Below are positions 27,707 to 38,829 of a DNA stretch of 64,000 nt, piece by piece; position 1 is the stretch's first letter, and the number at the start of each line of letters is the position of its first letter. Source of the DNA: Eubacteriales bacterium (GTDB lineage: Bacteria; Bacillota; Clostridia; Oscillospirales; CAG-272). The notes beneath the pieces were generated by a model, which was not told the origin of the DNA, did no database searches, and saw only the letters and a program-made list of their open reading frames with translations. The stretch covers positions 541 to 64,540 of the forward strand of contig JAZSKY010000054.1 in the NCBI GenBank assembly GCA_045535095.1, given 5' to 3'. A program made the translations under genes and the position numbers.

Positions 27707-28408
27707 TTGGACGAACTGACTACCCTTCTTGTGCGAACTGTGATAGTCTATCTTCTCCTCACACTTTCAATGCGCATAATGGGAAAAAGACAGCTCGGTG
27801 AAATGGAGATTTCCGACCTCATTACCACCCTTCTCTTTTCGGAGATCGCCGCCGTACCCGTTGTCGATCAGTCGATTCCTCTTTTTCACGCGATAATCCC
27901 TATCCTTATTCTGATCTCGTTTGAAATAATAATTCCCTTCGCTATCGGCAAAAGTAGAAAGGTGAAAAAGCTGGTCGAGGGCAGACCGTCCTATCTTATA
28001 TACAAGGGCGAGCTTCGTCTTTCCGAAATAAAAAAGAACCGCGTTTCACTTGACGAGATAATGTGCGAGCTGAGAAATCAGGGGTATTTTGATCTTTCCG
28101 ACGTGGACTACGCCCTGCTTGAACCCAACGGACAGCTTTCGGTCTTGCCGAAAAGCAACGACGAGACCTTGCGTAACGTCGGCGGAATGATGCACTGTCT
28201 CGTTATAAACGGCGAGATAGTACGCTTTAATTTAAGTCTTGTCGGCGTAGATGAAAACTGGGTAAACAAGACCGTTTCCGCTATGGGCGCACGTCTTAGC
28301 GACGTAAGCCTTCTCGGTATCGACGACAACGGCTGCGTCATCTACGCTATATCAAAAAACGGAAAAAACACGAAAATAATGAAAAAAGCAAAAAAAGACG
28401 TCCCGTGA
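27707..28408 (+). CDS. DUF421 (YetF-like) membrane protein
   Basis: RIMGKRQLGEMEISDLITTLLFSEIAA plus C-terminal LEPNGQLSVLPK match the DUF421/YetF pattern. Confidence 0.85.
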   Translation: MDELTTLLVRTVIVYLLLTLSMRIMGKRQLGEMEISDLITTLLFSEIAAVPVVDQSIPLFHAIIPILILISFEIIIPFAIGKSRKVKKLVEGRPSYLIYKGELRLSEIKKNRVSLDEIMCELRNQGYFDLSDVDYALLEPNGQLSVLPKSNDETLRNVGGMMHCLVINGEIVRFNLSLVGVDENWVNKTVSAMGARLSDVSLLGIDDNGCVIYAISKNGKNTKIMKKAKKDVP

Positions 28409-28436
28409 TTTTCACGGGACGTTCTTTATCGCTTTT
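28391..28436. terminator. bidirectional terminator between DUF421 gene and rplQ
   Basis: gacgtcccgtga-ttt-tcacgggacgt with an A-run upstream and a T-rich tract downstream. Confidence 0.6.
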
Positions 28437-28858
28437 TAGCCTTCGATAGCGGGAGCTTCTACCTTCTTGGTATCAGCCTTGCTATCCTCTTCGGCCTGCT
28501 TCTCGGGAGCCTTGTAACCAACGAGAGTGATTACTGCCATTTCGGCGCCGTCTCCGCGACGGGGTCCGAGCTTGTAAATAGCGGTGTATCCGCCATTCTG
28601 GTTCTCATAACTGGGAGCGATGGTATCGAAGAGTTTTCTTACAACATCCTCCTTAGTAATGAAAGCAAGTGCCTGACGGCGTGCAGCAAGAGTGTTGGTC
28701 TTGCCGAGCGTGATCATTTTATCAGCAAGCGCGCGAACTTCCTTTGCTCTGGTTACGGTCGTCTCGATTCTGCCGTTTTCAAGCAGATAGGTTACGAGAC
28801 CGCGGAGCATAATGTTTCTATGCGCTGTGGTTCTGCCGAGTTTTCTGGTTCCTGGCAT
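28436..28858 (-). CDS. rplQ: 50S ribosomal protein L17
   Basis: [21 protein letters not shown]... Last gene after rpoA. Confidence 0.97.
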   Translation of the reverse strand: MPGTRKLGRTTAHRNIMLRGLVTYLLENGRIETTVTRAKEVRALADKMITLGKTNTLAARRQALAFITKEDVVRKLFDTIAPSYENQNGGYTAIYKLGPRRGDGAEMAVITLVGYKAPEKQAEEDSKADTKKVEAPAIEG

Positions 28859-28894
28859 TTCAGTTTTACCTCCTTCAACTTTTTGTAGGCTGGA

Positions 28895-29845
28895 TTATTC
28901 TTCTTCGTGTTTGAAGTTGAGACCCAGCGAGTGAAGCTTTGCCCTCACTTCATCAAGTGATTTCTTTCCGAGGTTTCTGACCTTGATCATCTCTTCCTCG
29001 GTCTTGTTTACAAGGTCTTCAACAGTGTTGATGCCTGCGCGCTTCAAGCAGTTGAACCTACGTACAGACATGTCAAGTTCCTCAATGGTCATCTCATAAA
29101 CCTTTTCCTTAATGCTAGCGTTGCTATCAATAAGTATCTGCTTATCTCCGTTCTCCTCAGAGAGGTTTACAAAGAGACTGAGATGCTCGTTGAGTATCTT
29201 GGCTCCGTAGGATACTGCGTCCTTAGCGGAGATCGTTCCGTTGGTCTGTACCTCGAGGGTGAGCTTGTCATAGTCAGTAATGTTACCAACACGAGTATTC
29301 TCTACCTTGTAGCTTACGCTATATACGGGGGTATAGATCGAATCGGTATAGATAAGTCCGATAACGGGCGAATTGCTCTGCTTGTTCTTTTCCTGAGAAA
29401 CATATCCTCTACCGTGATCAAACGTCAGCTCCATATAGAAATGAGCGTTCTCACTAAGGGTAGCGATATGAAGATCGGGATTGAGGATCTCAATATCCGA
29501 ATCCTGCTTAATATCTCCTGCAGTTACTTCTGCGGGACCTGTAATATCGATTATCGCCATTTTAGCGCTTTCTGTGTAAAGCTTTGCAACGATTCCCTTG
29601 ATATTAAGAATGATCTCGGGTACGTCTTCCTTAACTCCGGGGATAGTGGATATCTCGTGGAGTACGCCGTCTATCTTAACGCTGACGACTGCAACGCCGG
29701 GAAGAGAGCTGAGAAGAACTCTGCGGAGCGAGTTTCCGAGGGTAGTTCCGTAACCACGCTCGAGGGGCTCTACAACAAATCTTCCAAAGCTGCCGTTTTC
29801 ACTCTCGTAATCGGTTGCAACGATAGGCTTTTCGATGTTTTTCAT
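28895..29845 (-). CDS. rpoA: DNA-directed RNA polymerase subunit alpha
   Basis: The NTD has [18 protein letters not shown]. The CTD has [19 protein letters not shown]...[12 protein letters not shown]. Confidence 0.97.
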   Translation of the reverse strand: MKNIEKPIVATDYESENGSFGRFVVEPLERGYGTTLGNSLRRVLLSSLPGVAVVSVKIDGVLHEISTIPGVKEDVPEIILNIKGIVAKLYTESAKMAIIDITGPAEVTAGDIKQDSDIEILNPDLHIATLSENAHFYMELTFDHGRGYVSQEKNKQSNSPVIGLIYTDSIYTPVYSVSYKVENTRVGNITDYDKLTLEVQTNGTISAKDAVSYGAKILNEHLSLFVNLSEENGDKQILIDSNASIKEKVYEMTIEELDMSVRRFNCLKRAGINTVEDLVNKTEEEMIKVRNLGKKSLDEVRAKLHSLGLNFKHEEE

Positions 29846-29927
29846 TAAATTTTCCTCCTGATTATTTTTTGCGTTTTGATCTTGTACGGTTTAACTGCAC
29901 CGTAATAAACACGTTGGAGGCTGATTA

Positions 29928-30554
29928 TTACTTCGAATACAACTCAACGATAAGCTGTTCGTCAAACGGAAAATCAATATCCTCTCTCTTGGGAAGTGCA
30001 ACTACCTTTGCAGCAGCCTTCTCTTTGTTAAGATCAAGCCATGCGGGAGCTACGTGGGACTGCATATTCTCGATGAGTCCAGCGAACTTTTCAAGAGACT
30101 TAACGTTATCCTTGAGAGCGATCTCGTCGCCAACTTTAACGATAAGCGAAGGAATATTTACCTTTTTGCCGTTGAGCGTGAAGTGTGCGTGAAGTACCAA
30201 CTGACGTGCTTCTCTGCGGCTGCTAGCGAGACCCATTCTGTAAACTACGTTGTCGAGTCTTCTCTCAAGCAGGCTGAGCAGGTTTTCACCGGTTACGCCT
30301 TCCTGATTATCTGCCTTCTCAAAGTAGCCCTTGAACTGGCTCTCGAGAACGCCGTAGTATCTCTTGGTCTTCTGCTTTTCACGAAGCTGCATTCCGTATT
30401 CACGGGGTTTCTTAGTTTCTGCACCATGCTGTCCGGGAGCTACCGGTCTACGCTCCATAGCGCACTTGCCGGTAAGGCAACGGTCGCCCTTGAGAAAGAG
30501 CTTTACGCCTTCTCTGCGGCAGAGCTTGCATGCAGGACCTGTATATCTTGCCAT
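29928..30554 (-). CDS. rpsD: 30S ribosomal protein S4
   Basis: [16 protein letters not shown]... Confidence 0.97.
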   Translation of the reverse strand: MARYTGPACKLCRREGVKLFLKGDRCLTGKCAMERRPVAPGQHGAETKKPREYGMQLREKQKTKRYYGVLESQFKGYFEKADNQEGVTGENLLSLLERRLDNVVYRMGLASSRREARQLVLHAHFTLNGKKVNIPSLIVKVGDEIALKDNVKSLEKFAGLIENMQSHVAPAWLDLNKEKAAAKVVALPKREDIDFPFDEQLIVELYSK

Positions 30555-30577
30555 TTGTCTGTTCCTCCTTATTATGA

Positions 30578-30976
30578 TTAGACGCGTCTTCTCTTAGGCG
30601 GTCTGCATCCGTTGTGCGGGATGGGGGTTACGTCCTTGATCATCGTGATATCAAGACCTGCGGTCTGGAGAGCGCGGATTGCTGCTTCTCTTCCCGATCC
30701 GGGTCCCTTAACGTAAACCTCGATGGTCTTCATACCATGCTCGATTGCTGCCTTTGCAGCGGTCTCGGATGCCATCTGTGCTGCGAACGGAGTGGACTTT
30801 CTGGAGCCCTTGAATCCGAGTTCTCCTGCCGATGCCCACGATACTGCGTTTCCGTTAGTATCGGTGATCGTCACGATGGTATTGTTGTAGGTCGAACGAA
30901 TATGAGCAGTTCCCTTTTCAATATTCTTGCGCTCGCGGCGCATTCTGATGACCTTCTTAGTTGTTGCCTTTGCCAT
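30578..30976 (-). CDS. rpsK: 30S ribosomal protein S11
   Basis: [18 protein letters not shown]...[13 protein letters not shown]. Confidence 0.97.
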   Translation of the reverse strand: MAKATTKKVIRMRRERKNIEKGTAHIRSTYNNTIVTITDTNGNAVSWASAGELGFKGSRKSTPFAAQMASETAAKAAIEHGMKTIEVYVKGPGSGREAAIRALQTAGLDITMIKDVTPIPHNGCRPPKRRRV

Positions 30977-30993
30977 CTTATTGAATCACTCCT

Positions 30994-31362
30994 TTACTTC
31001 TTCTTGTTAGCGATTGTCTTTGCGGGACCTTTTCTGGTTCTCGCGTTTGTTTTGGTTCTCTGTCCTCTTACGGGGAGACCCTTTCTGTGTCTGATTCCGC
31101 GGTAGCAGTTGATCTCGATCATTCTCTTGATCTCGAGCGAAACGTCACGGCGAAGGTCTCCTTCTACAGTGTAGTTTGCTTCGATCTCATCACGAAGTTT
31201 ACTGATCTCGTCGTCTGTAAGATCCTTTGCGCGCTTGTCGGGGTCTATACCGGTTGCTGCAAGGATATCGTTAGAGCTCTTTCTGCCTATTCCGTAGATA
31301 TAGGTAAGTGCGATCTCTACGCGCTTGTTGTTAGGAATATCAACACCAGCTATACGTGCCAT
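30994..31362 (-). CDS. rpsM: 30S ribosomal protein S13
   Basis: [26 protein letters not shown]... Confidence 0.97.
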   Translation of the reverse strand: MARIAGVDIPNNKRVEIALTYIYGIGRKSSNDILAATGIDPDKRAKDLTDDEISKLRDEIEANYTVEGDLRRDVSLEIKRMIEINCYRGIRHRKGLPVRGQRTKTNARTRKGPAKTIANKKK

Positions 31363-31385
31363 TCAGTTTTCACCTCTCTTTTAGA

Positions 31386-31499
31386 TTAACCCTGTCTCTG
31401 CTTATGCTTAGGGTTCTCGCATATAACCATTACGTTACCTTTTCTTTTTATGATCTTGCACTTGTCGCAAATCTTTTTAACGGATGGTTTTACTTTCAT
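31386..31499 (-). CDS. rpmJ: 50S ribosomal protein L36
   Basis: Not in the ORF track because it is under 60 aa. The minus strand reads [37 protein letters not shown]. Lies between infA and rpsM as expected. Confidence 0.95.
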   Translation of the reverse strand: MKVKPSVKKICDKCKIIKRKGNVMVICENPKHKQRQG

Positions 31500-31528
31500 T
31501 GTTTGTCACCATTCCTTTCTGAATTTGG

Positions 31529-31747
31529 CTATTTGGAACGCCATGTGATACGTCCCTTGGTGAGGTCGTAAACAGAAACCTCTACTTTAACCGAGTCACC
31601 GGGGAGTATCCAAATATAGTTCATTCTGAGCTTTCCGGACAGATGAGCTGTGATCATGTGTCCGTTAGCAAGCTTTACTTTGAAGGTGGCGTTCGGAAGT
31701 GCCTCTACAACCGTTCCTTCAAATTCAATTACGTCATCTTTAGGCAA
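31529..31747 (-). CDS. infA: translation initiation factor IF-1
   Basis: [26 protein letters not shown]... Confidence 0.97.
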   Translation of the reverse strand: MPKDDVIEFEGTVVEALPNATFKVKLANGHMITAHLSGKLRMNYIWILPGDSVKVEVSVYDLTKGRITWRSK

Positions 31748-31803
31748 AACAATTCCTCCTCATTATTAGGTTTTGGTCCTTTGTGGACTTACGATACGTT
31801 TTT

Positions 31804-32556
31804 TCAATCAATAGCGGTGAGCAGTACTGCTCCGTTATCGGTGAGCGCTACCGTATGCTCGTAGTGAGCGGAGAGACTGCCGTCGGAGGTAACTACCGTC
31901 CAACCGTCCTTTTTCACGAATACGTCGCCGCTTCCCACGCAGACCATCGGCTCTATTGCGATGACCATACCGGGGATAAGGCGCGTTCCGCGTCCGGGAG
32001 TTCCGTAATTGGGAACCTCGGGCGATTCGTGAAGCTCTTTACCTACTCCGTGTCCAATAAACTGTCTTACTACCGAGAAGCCGTCCTCGAGAACACGTCT
32101 CTCAACTGCGCTTCCGACGTCGCCTATGCGTTTTCCGCTCTCGACCTGCGCGAGCGCTTTCATAAAGCTGTCCTTTGTAGCCTCGATAAGTCTATCTGCC
32201 ACTTCGCTTACTTTTCCGCATCTGAAGGTGTTGGCGCTGTCTCCGTGAAATCCCTTGTAGTAGGCTCCGACGTCGATCTTGACTATGTCGCCTTCTTTAA
32301 GTATCACGTTTTCAGACGGTATTCCGTGTATTACCTGCTCGTTTATGCTGATGCAAGCCGATGCAGGAAATCCGCCGTATCCGAGAAACGAGGGGGTCGC
32401 TCCGCTTTTTTCGATATATTTGCGTATCTGCGCATCAATATACGCGGTGGTCACTCCCGGTTTTACCAGTTCGCCACCAAGCGCGAGCGCCTCTCCCGTG
32501 ATTCTTCCGGCATCCTTCATTAAGGATATTTGATGTGAATTTTTTAACTGTATCAT
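31804..32556 (-). CDS. map: type I methionine aminopeptidase
   Basis: The metal-ligand contexts (DIVKIDVG, GDSANTF, HGVG, IEP, EHT) are in the canonical order. Confidence 0.95.
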   Translation of the reverse strand: MIQLKNSHQISLMKDAGRITGEALALGGELVKPGVTTAYIDAQIRKYIEKSGATPSFLGYGGFPASACISINEQVIHGIPSENVILKEGDIVKIDVGAYYKGFHGDSANTFRCGKVSEVADRLIEATKDSFMKALAQVESGKRIGDVGSAVERRVLEDGFSVVRQFIGHGVGKELHESPEVPNYGTPGRGTRLIPGMVIAIEPMVCVGSGDVFVKKDGWTVVTSDGSLSAHYEHTVALTDNGAVLLTAID

Positions 32557-33191
32557 TATTTACCACCGATCGCTTCGAGCGTGAGTTTAGTGGTATCTGC
32601 GATCTCTTCCTGTCCAATGACGAGTCTAAGCTTGCCCTTGTTCATATAGAAATCTTTAAGCGGCTCTGTAAGATCGTGATAAACGTCGAGTCTGCTGAGC
32701 ACGACCTCGGGGCTATCGTCCTTGCGGAGAGTTAGCACCGTTCCGTCGTTATCACAGGTCTTACCGTCCTTAGACGGCTTGAACTCTGTGTGATAGCTTG
32801 CTCCGCATTTTTCGCAAACGCGGCGACCGCTCATACGCTTAACTATCTTTTCGTCGGGAACCTCGATGCTGACGACTACGTCAAGCTCGATTCCCATTTC
32901 GTCAAGAGCCTCGGCTTGAGCGACTGTACGGGGGAATCCGTCAAGGATAAATCCGTCCTTACAGTCCTCTTTGTCAAGCCTTTCTTTTATTATACCAATT
33001 ACCACCTCATCGGGAACAAGTTGTCCCTTATCGGTGTACTGCCTTGCGGCAAGTCCCATGACCGTTCCGGTCTTGATTGCCTCTCTGATAATAGCGCCTG
33101 TGGAAATTGCGGGAATACCGAATTTCTCAGATGCTATCTCAGCCTGTGTGCCTTTGCCGGCGCCGGGGGCGCCAAGAAACATTATTTTCAT
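32556..33191 (-). CDS. adk: adenylate kinase
   Basis: P-loop GAPGAGKGTQ and a zinc lid CEKCG...CDNDG. Confidence 0.97.
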   Translation of the reverse strand: MKIMFLGAPGAGKGTQAEIASEKFGIPAISTGAIIREAIKTGTVMGLAARQYTDKGQLVPDEVVIGIIKERLDKEDCKDGFILDGFPRTVAQAEALDEMGIELDVVVSIEVPDEKIVKRMSGRRVCEKCGASYHTEFKPSKDGKTCDNDGTVLTLRKDDSPEVVLSRLDVYHDLTEPLKDFYMNKGKLRLVIGQEEIADTTKLTLEAIGGK

Positions 33192-33217
33192 TTTCTTTAC
33201 CCTTTTAAGGCGTGCAC

Positions 33218-34585
33218 TTACTGAAGGAATCCCTTATAGTGACGCATCGTGAGCTGCGATTCAATGTCGCGTCCGGTCTCAAGGATAACTCCGATAACAA
33301 TGATGATCGAAGATCCGAGGCTCGAGAACTGTGCGAAGTTGTACTGGACGTAAAGTCTGTTTACAAGCGTCGCAAGCGACTGAGTAGTATCGTAATCGTA
33401 GAACATAAAGAGTATGCTGTTTGCGATCATAGGAACGCCTACGACGATACAAAGGAATATTGCTCCGATAAACGTGATCCTGTTGAGAATCTTCTTGATA
33501 TACGCTGCAGTCGGCTCGCCGGGACGAACACCCGGGATCATTCCGCCATTCTTCTTAAGATTGTTCGAAACCTCGATGGGATCGAAGGAAATCATAATGT
33601 AGAAGTATGCGAATGCAACGATAAGAATGAGGTATATCGCAAGATAGAGGAAAGACGAGGAATCGAATACCTTGAGGAATTTACCCCAGAAGCCTTCGCT
33701 GTTCTTCGTGATTCCGAAGAAAGTAAGGATCGTTGCGGGAAGAGATGCAATGGAGGATGCGAAGATTATCGGCATAACTCCGGACATATTAAGCTTAAGG
33801 GGAAGGTTGGTGTTCTGTCCGCCGTAAACCTTTCTGCCTACTACTCTCTTACCGTACTGGATCGGGATTCTGCGTTCGCTGTTCGTAACGAAAACGATGA
33901 GGTAGATGATTGCGAGTCCTACGATTGCAGTTACAACTGCAACGAGCGTTGCCCAAGGCCAATCCTTAGCCATTTCGATAAGGCTATTGATAAGGGTGGG
34001 GAAACTGGAAAGGATGTTCGCAAAGAGGATCATCGAGATACCGTTACCGATACCCTTTTCGTTGATCTTCTCACCGAGCCACATTACGACTGCGGCACCT
34101 GCTCCGAAGCAGAAAATGATAACGAGTGCAGCGAAGAGATCGTCTCTGTAAAGAACCTGCTGTGCTTTAAGAATGGTGAAATATCCCCATGCGGTAAGCG
34201 CACCAAGTGCGATAGTTACGTATCTCGTGATCTGAGAGATCTTTTTCTTGCCGTTTTCGTCCTTCGACATTCTTTCGAGTTTCGGGAACGCAACTGCAAG
34301 AAGCTGCATTACGATCGATGCTGTGATATAAGGAGATATACCGAGCGCGAATACCGTTGCCTGCGCGAGTGCACCACCGTTGAGCAGGTTGAGGTACTGG
34401 AAAATCGTTCCGCTGTATATTCCGCTTCCGCTGAAGAGGCTCTGGAGAACCTCGTTCTTAACGTAGGGAACGGGAATTGCGGTACCGAGTCTGTACAGAA
34501 TGAGTATGAATGCAGTAAAGAGGATCTTTACTCGAATGTCCTTAGCTGCCCATACGTTTCTGATTTTGCCGAAAAACTTTCTCAC
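33218..34585 (-). CDS. secY: preprotein translocase subunit SecY
   Basis: 10-TM protein with LGISPYITASIVMQLL and the other SecY signatures. Located in the spc operon. Confidence 0.97.
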   Translation of the reverse strand: MRKFFGKIRNVWAAKDIRVKILFTAFILILYRLGTAIPVPYVKNEVLQSLFSGSGIYSGTIFQYLNLLNGGALAQATVFALGISPYITASIVMQLLAVAFPKLERMSKDENGKKKISQITRYVTIALGALTAWGYFTILKAQQVLYRDDLFAALVIIFCFGAGAAVVMWLGEKINEKGIGNGISMILFANILSSFPTLINSLIEMAKDWPWATLVAVVTAIVGLAIIYLIVFVTNSERRIPIQYGKRVVGRKVYGGQNTNLPLKLNMSGVMPIIFASSIASLPATILTFFGITKNSEGFWGKFLKVFDSSSFLYLAIYLILIVAFAYFYIMISFDPIEVSNNLKKNGGMIPGVRPGEPTAAYIKKILNRITFIGAIFLCIVVGVPMIANSILFMFYDYDTTQSLATLVNRLYVQYNFAQFSSLGSSIIIVIGVILETGRDIESQLTMRHYKGFLQ

Positions 34586-35029
34586 TTAGATCACCTCTAC
34601 CTTTCCGCCAGCCGCTTCAATTTTTTCTTTAGCGGCAGCCGAAAAGACAGCTGCGCAAACAGTGATTTTCTTAGTGATCTCACCGCGTCCGAGTACTTTG
34701 AGTCCGTCATTTGCCTTGCTGATAATACCCTTCTCGCAAAGTACTTCGATAGTTACAGTGTCACCGTCGTTGAAACAAGCATTGAGCTTTTCAACGTTGA
34801 TTATGCTATAGATTTTTGCAAACTTATTGTTGAAGCCTCTCTTAGGAAGTCTTCTGTAAAGCGGAATCTGGCCGCCTTCAAATCCGGGACGTACGCCGCC
34901 GCCCGAACGAGCATTCTGACCCTTGTGTCCCTTGCCTGCGGTCTTACCGTTTCCGGAACCAGTGCCTCTGCCCTTACGCCAAGCCTTCTTTGCGGAGCCT
35001 TCAGGTGCTGAAAGTTCATGGAGCTTCAT
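34586..35029 (-). CDS. rplO: 50S ribosomal protein L15
   Basis: [38 protein letters not shown]... Confidence 0.97.
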   Translation of the reverse strand: MKLHELSAPEGSAKKAWRKGRGTGSGNGKTAGKGHKGQNARSGGGVRPGFEGGQIPLYRRLPKRGFNNKFAKIYSIINVEKLNACFNDGDTVTIEVLCEKGIISKANDGLKVLGRGEITKKITVCAAVFSAAAKEKIEAAGGKVEVI

Positions 35030-35069
35030 ATTTTTCTCCTCCTTCGTAGAATTTTAGTCTTTGATTTGA

Positions 35070-35246
35070 TTATTCGGCCGCTTCTACCTTAACGAGGTGC
35101 GAGATAACGTTGATCTTGCCCTTGGTAGCGTCCGTATCGGGAAGAACTATGCTGTCACCGATCTTTTTGAAGCCAAGCGAAGCCGCTGTGGCCTTCTGCT
35201 TAGGAAGAGTTCCGATGAGACTCTTAACAAGTGTAACCTTTATCAT
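35070..35246 (-). CDS. rpmD: 50S ribosomal protein L30
   Basis: MIKVTLVKSLIGTLPKQKATAASLGF... Start taken at 35246 so there is no overlap with rpsE. Confidence 0.95.
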   Translation of the reverse strand: MIKVTLVKSLIGTLPKQKATAASLGFKKIGDSIVLPDTDATKGKINVISHLVKVEAAE

Positions 35247-35263
35247 CTCTTTGTCTCCCCCTA

Positions 35264-35761
35264 TCAAAGTTCTTCTACGCTCTTGCCGCGCATCTGTGCA
35301 ACCTCTTCAGCACTTCTGAGCATGCTGAGTGCTACGAACGTAGCCTTAACTACGTTAGTGGGGTTGGTAGAACGCAGGCACTTAGCTCTGACGTTTTTAA
35401 TTCCCGCAAGCTCGAGAACCGCACGAACGGTTCCGGAAGCGATGATACCGGTTCCTTCGGGTGCCGGCTTGAGCATAACTCTACCTGCTCCGAACTCACC
35501 GATTACCTCGTGGGGAATGGTGGTACCCTTAAGGGGTACTTCGATCATATTCTTCTTAGCATCTTCGATACCCTTGCGGATTGCTTCGGGAGTCTCAGCT
35601 GCCTTTCCAAGTCCGTAGCCTACGTGTCCGTTTCCGTCACCTACAACCATGATAGCTGCAAGGCTTGCAATACGACCACCCTTTACGGTCTTAGATACAC
35701 GCTTTGTCTTGACAAGCTTTTCCTGGAGGTCAAGCGTTGCCGCATCTATTCTTTTTGCCAT
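35264..35761 (-). CDS. rpsE: 30S ribosomal protein S5
   Basis: ...[38 protein letters not shown]... Confidence 0.97.
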   Translation of the reverse strand: MAKRIDAATLDLQEKLVKTKRVSKTVKGGRIASLAAIMVVGDGNGHVGYGLGKAAETPEAIRKGIEDAKKNMIEVPLKGTTIPHEVIGEFGAGRVMLKPAPEGTGIIASGTVRAVLELAGIKNVRAKCLRSTNPTNVVKATFVALSMLRSAEEVAQMRGKSVEEL

Positions 35762-35778
35762 TAGTACTTTCCTCCTTA

Positions 35779-36135
35779 TCAGAACTTGAGGCCTGCGGCG
35801 CGAGCGCCTTCAGCAAGTTCGAGTACGCGTCCGTGGTAGAGATATCCGCCGCGGTCAAAAACTACTTCGGATATACCTGCTGCGATAGCACGTTCAGCAA
35901 TGAGAGTACCAACTTTCTTTGCGCTCTCCTTGTTGCTGCCGCCTACAAAGTCTTTTTCGTACGAGGAAGCGGATACGAGCGTTACACCCTTGACGTCGTC
36001 AATGATCTGCGCCTGAATATTAGCGTTCGAGCGATATACGCAGAGACGGGGGCACTCGGCAGTTCCCGAGATCTTTCCTCTAACTCTTGCGTGTCTCTTA
36101 AGACGCTGCTGGTTGGAATCTTTTCTTGATACCAT
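35779..36135 (-). CDS. rplR: 50S ribosomal protein L18
   Basis: ...[27 protein letters not shown]...[12 protein letters not shown]. Confidence 0.97.
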   Translation of the reverse strand: MVSRKDSNQQRLKRHARVRGKISGTAECPRLCVYRSNANIQAQIIDDVKGVTLVSASSYEKDFVGGSNKESAKKVGTLIAERAIAAGISEVVFDRGGYLYHGRVLELAEGARAAGLKF

Positions 36136-36155
36136 CTTTAATCCACTCCTTTCTA

Positions 36156-36695
36156 TTATTTACCGGTCTTTCCGGCCTTGCGGCGGACAAACTCACCGGT
36201 GTATCTGATACCCTTGCCCTTGTAGGGTTCCGGAGGTCTCTTGCTTCTGATGTTAGCTGCGACCTGGCCTACAAGCTGCTTGTCGATACCGCAAACGATA
36301 ATCGTGTTTGCATCGGGTACCTCGAACGTAATTCCGTTACCCTCTTCGAAGGTGATACCGTGGGAGTAACCGAGAGAGAGCTGGAGCTGCTTGCCCTGTT
36401 TTGCTGCTCTGTATCCTACGCCGACGATCTCGAGCTTCTTCTGGTAGCCTTCGCTAACGCCAACTACCATGTTGTTGATTAGAGTACGGGTAAGTCCGTG
36501 AATGGATCTGTTGAACTTTTCATCGTTGGGACGGGAAACGAGGATCTCGTTGTCCTTAACCTCGATAGAGAGCTCATTTCTGAACTGCTGAGTAAGAGTA
36601 CCCTTGGGTCCCTTTACCGTTACGAGATTTCCTTCAGCTATATCGATGCTTACACCTGCGGGAACCTTAACGGGATTTCTACCTATTCTTGACAT
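36156..36695 (-). CDS. rplF: 50S ribosomal protein L6
   Basis: [19 protein letters not shown]... Confidence 0.97.
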   Translation of the reverse strand: MSRIGRNPVKVPAGVSIDIAEGNLVTVKGPKGTLTQQFRNELSIEVKDNEILVSRPNDEKFNRSIHGLTRTLINNMVVGVSEGYQKKLEIVGVGYRAAKQGKQLQLSLGYSHGITFEEGNGITFEVPDANTIIVCGIDKQLVGQVAANIRSKRPPEPYKGKGIRYTGEFVRRKAGKTGK

Positions 36696-36713
36696 CTCTT
36701 TATGCTCCCTTCT

Positions 36714-37109
36714 TTACCATACAAATGCAAGTACTTCGCCGCCGACCTTCTCTTTACGAGCCTTCTTGTCGGTCATGATACCCTTGGAAGTGGATACGAT
36801 TGCGATGCCGAGGCCGTTCATAACCTTGGGCATGTCATCGCAGCCTGCATAGATTCTAAGACCGGGCTTAGAAACTCTGCGAAGTCCCTGGATAACCTTC
36901 TGCTTGCCGATATACTTGAGTGTTACTCTGAGAATTCCCTGCTTGCCATCTTCGATTACCTGATAGCTCTTGATGTAGCCCTCTTCGAGAAGAATGTCAG
37001 CAATTGCCTTCTTCATGTTAGAAGCGGGAATATCTACGGTTTCGTGTTTTGCGTTGTTTGCGTTGCGGATTCTTGTGAGCATATCCGCAATTACGTCTGA
37101 TATTTGCAT
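36714..37109 (-). CDS. rpsH: 30S ribosomal protein S8
   Basis: ...[26 protein letters not shown]... Confidence 0.97.
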   Translation of the reverse strand: MQISDVIADMLTRIRNANNAKHETVDIPASNMKKAIADILLEEGYIKSYQVIEDGKQGILRVTLKYIGKQKVIQGLRRVSKPGLRIYAGCDDMPKVMNGLGIAIVSTSKGIMTDKKARKEKVGGEVLAFVW

Positions 37110-37241
37110 ATTATTTTCCTCCTGTTATGCAAGTGTTTTTTCTTGCTGCCCGTTTTTTCCGTCGGGCTGCAAATCGGCGGTTAAAGTTTCCTTTCCTGCC
37201 GATAAGACGGAGTTCTGTTACTTTCTCCGAGGTAGTTTAAA

Positions 37242-37427
37242 TTACCAGGATGCTTTTCTTACTCCGGGGATCTCGCCTTTGTATGCAAGCTCTCTGAAGC
37301 AGATACGGCAAATTCCGTACTTACGCATATAAGCATGGGGGCGGCCGCAGATCTTGCATCTGTTGTACTCACGGGTGGAGAACTTCTGCGTTCTCTGCTG
37401 CTTAACCTTCATTGATGTTTTTGCCAT
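37242..37427 (-). CDS. rpsN: 30S ribosomal protein S14, zinc-binding type Z (61 aa)
   Basis: [46 protein letters not shown] carries CxxC...CxxC. Confidence 0.97.
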   Translation of the reverse strand: MAKTSMKVKQQRTQKFSTREYNRCKICGRPHAYMRKYGICRICFRELAYKGEIPGVRKASW

Positions 37428-37442
37428 CTTTTCTATCCTCCA

Positions 37443-37982
37443 TTATTTAGCGAACGGTGCGCCGAGCTGACGAAGAAGCTCTCTTGCCTCGTCGTCGGTC
37501 TTTGCCGTCGTAACGAATGCGATGTCCATTCCGCGGATCTTGTCGATCTTATCGTACTCGATCTCGGGGAAAATGAGCTGCTCTTTGAGGCCGAGAGAGT
37601 AGTTTCCTCTGCCGTCGAAGCCGTCGGGATTGATACCCTTGAAGTCACGAACTCTGGGGAGAGCGAAGTTGAAGAGCTTGTCAGCAAACTCATACATAAT
37701 GTCTCCTCTGAGGGTAACCTTTGCACCGATCTTCATGCCCTGACGGAGCTTGAAGTTCGATACCGACTTACGTGCGAAAGTAGGAACTGCCTTCTGACCG
37801 GTGATGAGCGAAAGCTCGTCGATGATAGTGTCGATTACCTTTGCGTTATCCTTTGCATCGCCTGCGCCAACGTTGACAACGATCTTGTCAAGCTTGGGGA
37901 TCTGCATAACGCTCTTGTACTCGAACTTCTTCATAAGAGCAGGAGCAATTTCGCTCTTATAAGTTTCCTTAAGTCTAGCCAT
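37443..37982 (-). CDS. rplE: 50S ribosomal protein L5
   Basis: [39 protein letters not shown]... Confidence 0.97.
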   Translation of the reverse strand: MARLKETYKSEIAPALMKKFEYKSVMQIPKLDKIVVNVGAGDAKDNAKVIDTIIDELSLITGQKAVPTFARKSVSNFKLRQGMKIGAKVTLRGDIMYEFADKLFNFALPRVRDFKGINPDGFDGRGNYSLGLKEQLIFPEIEYDKIDKIRGMDIAFVTTAKTDDEARELLRQLGAPFAK

Positions 37983-37998
37983 TTCTTACTCCTCCTCC

Positions 37999-38388
37999 TT
38001 AGTCAAACTGATATGAGCAAGGAGTTCCGTCCGACTTCTTACCGGAGCAAACGCGGACTTTCTTTCCGTCGATTACTTCGATATGAGTTCTGACGCCCTT
38101 GTCACACTTGGGGCAGTAAAGCTGTACCTTGCAAGCGTACACGGGAGCATCAACCTTAACGATTGCGGACTGCTCGCCCTGTCTCTTTGCCTTAACGTGC
38201 TTACTAGCCTTGTTTACGTTTTCAACGATAACCTTGCCCTCTTCGGGAGAAACTGCGATAACCTTTGCGGTCTTACGCTCCTTCTTGGTCTCGTTGCCTT
38301 CTTTGTCTTCGCTGGTCTTCCACTTGTCCTTGTAGTCGCCCACGCGTACTACTACGGTATCACCCGTTTTAACGTGCATTCTTGCCAT
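37999..38388 (-). CDS. rplX: 50S ribosomal protein L24 (unusually long, 129 aa, with insertion and four C-terminal Cys)
   Basis: The KOW start MHVKTGDTVVV and the EGKVIVENVNKASKHVK core are present. Position between rplN and rplE. Confidence 0.93.
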   Translation of the reverse strand: MARMHVKTGDTVVVRVGDYKDKWKTSEDKEGNETKKERKTAKVIAVSPEEGKVIVENVNKASKHVKAKRQGEQSAIVKVDAPVYACKVQLYCPKCDKGVRTHIEVIDGKKVRVCSGKKSDGTPCSYQFD

Positions 38389-38403
38389 TTTGACGATACC
38401 TCC

Positions 38404-38772
38404 TTAAAGTACTTCGGGAGCGAGCGAAAGGATCTTAAGGAATTCCTTTTCACGAAGCTCTCTTGCCACAGGCCCAAATATACGGGTTCCTCTGGGGTTT
38501 TTATCTTCTTTGATGATGACCGCTGCGTTGTCATCAAAGCGAACGTAGCTACCGTCTGCGCGCTTAACGCCCTTAACGGTTCTTACGATTACAGCTTTAA
38601 CAACGTCGCCCTTCTTTACCTGTCCGCCGGGAGACACCTTTTTAACGGATGCGACTACTACGTCTCCGATACCTGCATATCTTCTGCCAGTACCGCCGAG
38701 AACGCGTATACACATAAGCTCCTTCGCACCGGTATTATCAGCGACCTTCATATACGACTGCTGTTGTATCAC
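38404..38772 (-). CDS. rplN: 50S ribosomal protein L14
   Basis: [27 protein letters not shown]... Confidence 0.97.
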   Translation of the reverse strand: MIQQQSYMKVADNTGAKELMCIRVLGGTGRRYAGIGDVVVASVKKVSPGGQVKKGDVVKAVIVRTVKGVKRADGSYVRFDDNAAVIIKEDKNPRGTRIFGPVARELREKEFLKILSLAPEVL

Positions 38773-38829
38773 TGTGCGTTTTCCTCCTTAATTCAATACA
38801 ATCTTTGTTGTATCTACTGAACTGTTGAC

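Noticed and set aside
33212-35011. 599-aa ORF on the plus strand across the secY/rplO region.
   Set aside because: It is antisense to unmistakable SecY and L15 genes. It is highly charged and Cys/Asp/Glu/Arg-rich with no motif. Long antisense ORFs like this are typical in GC-moderate coding DNA.
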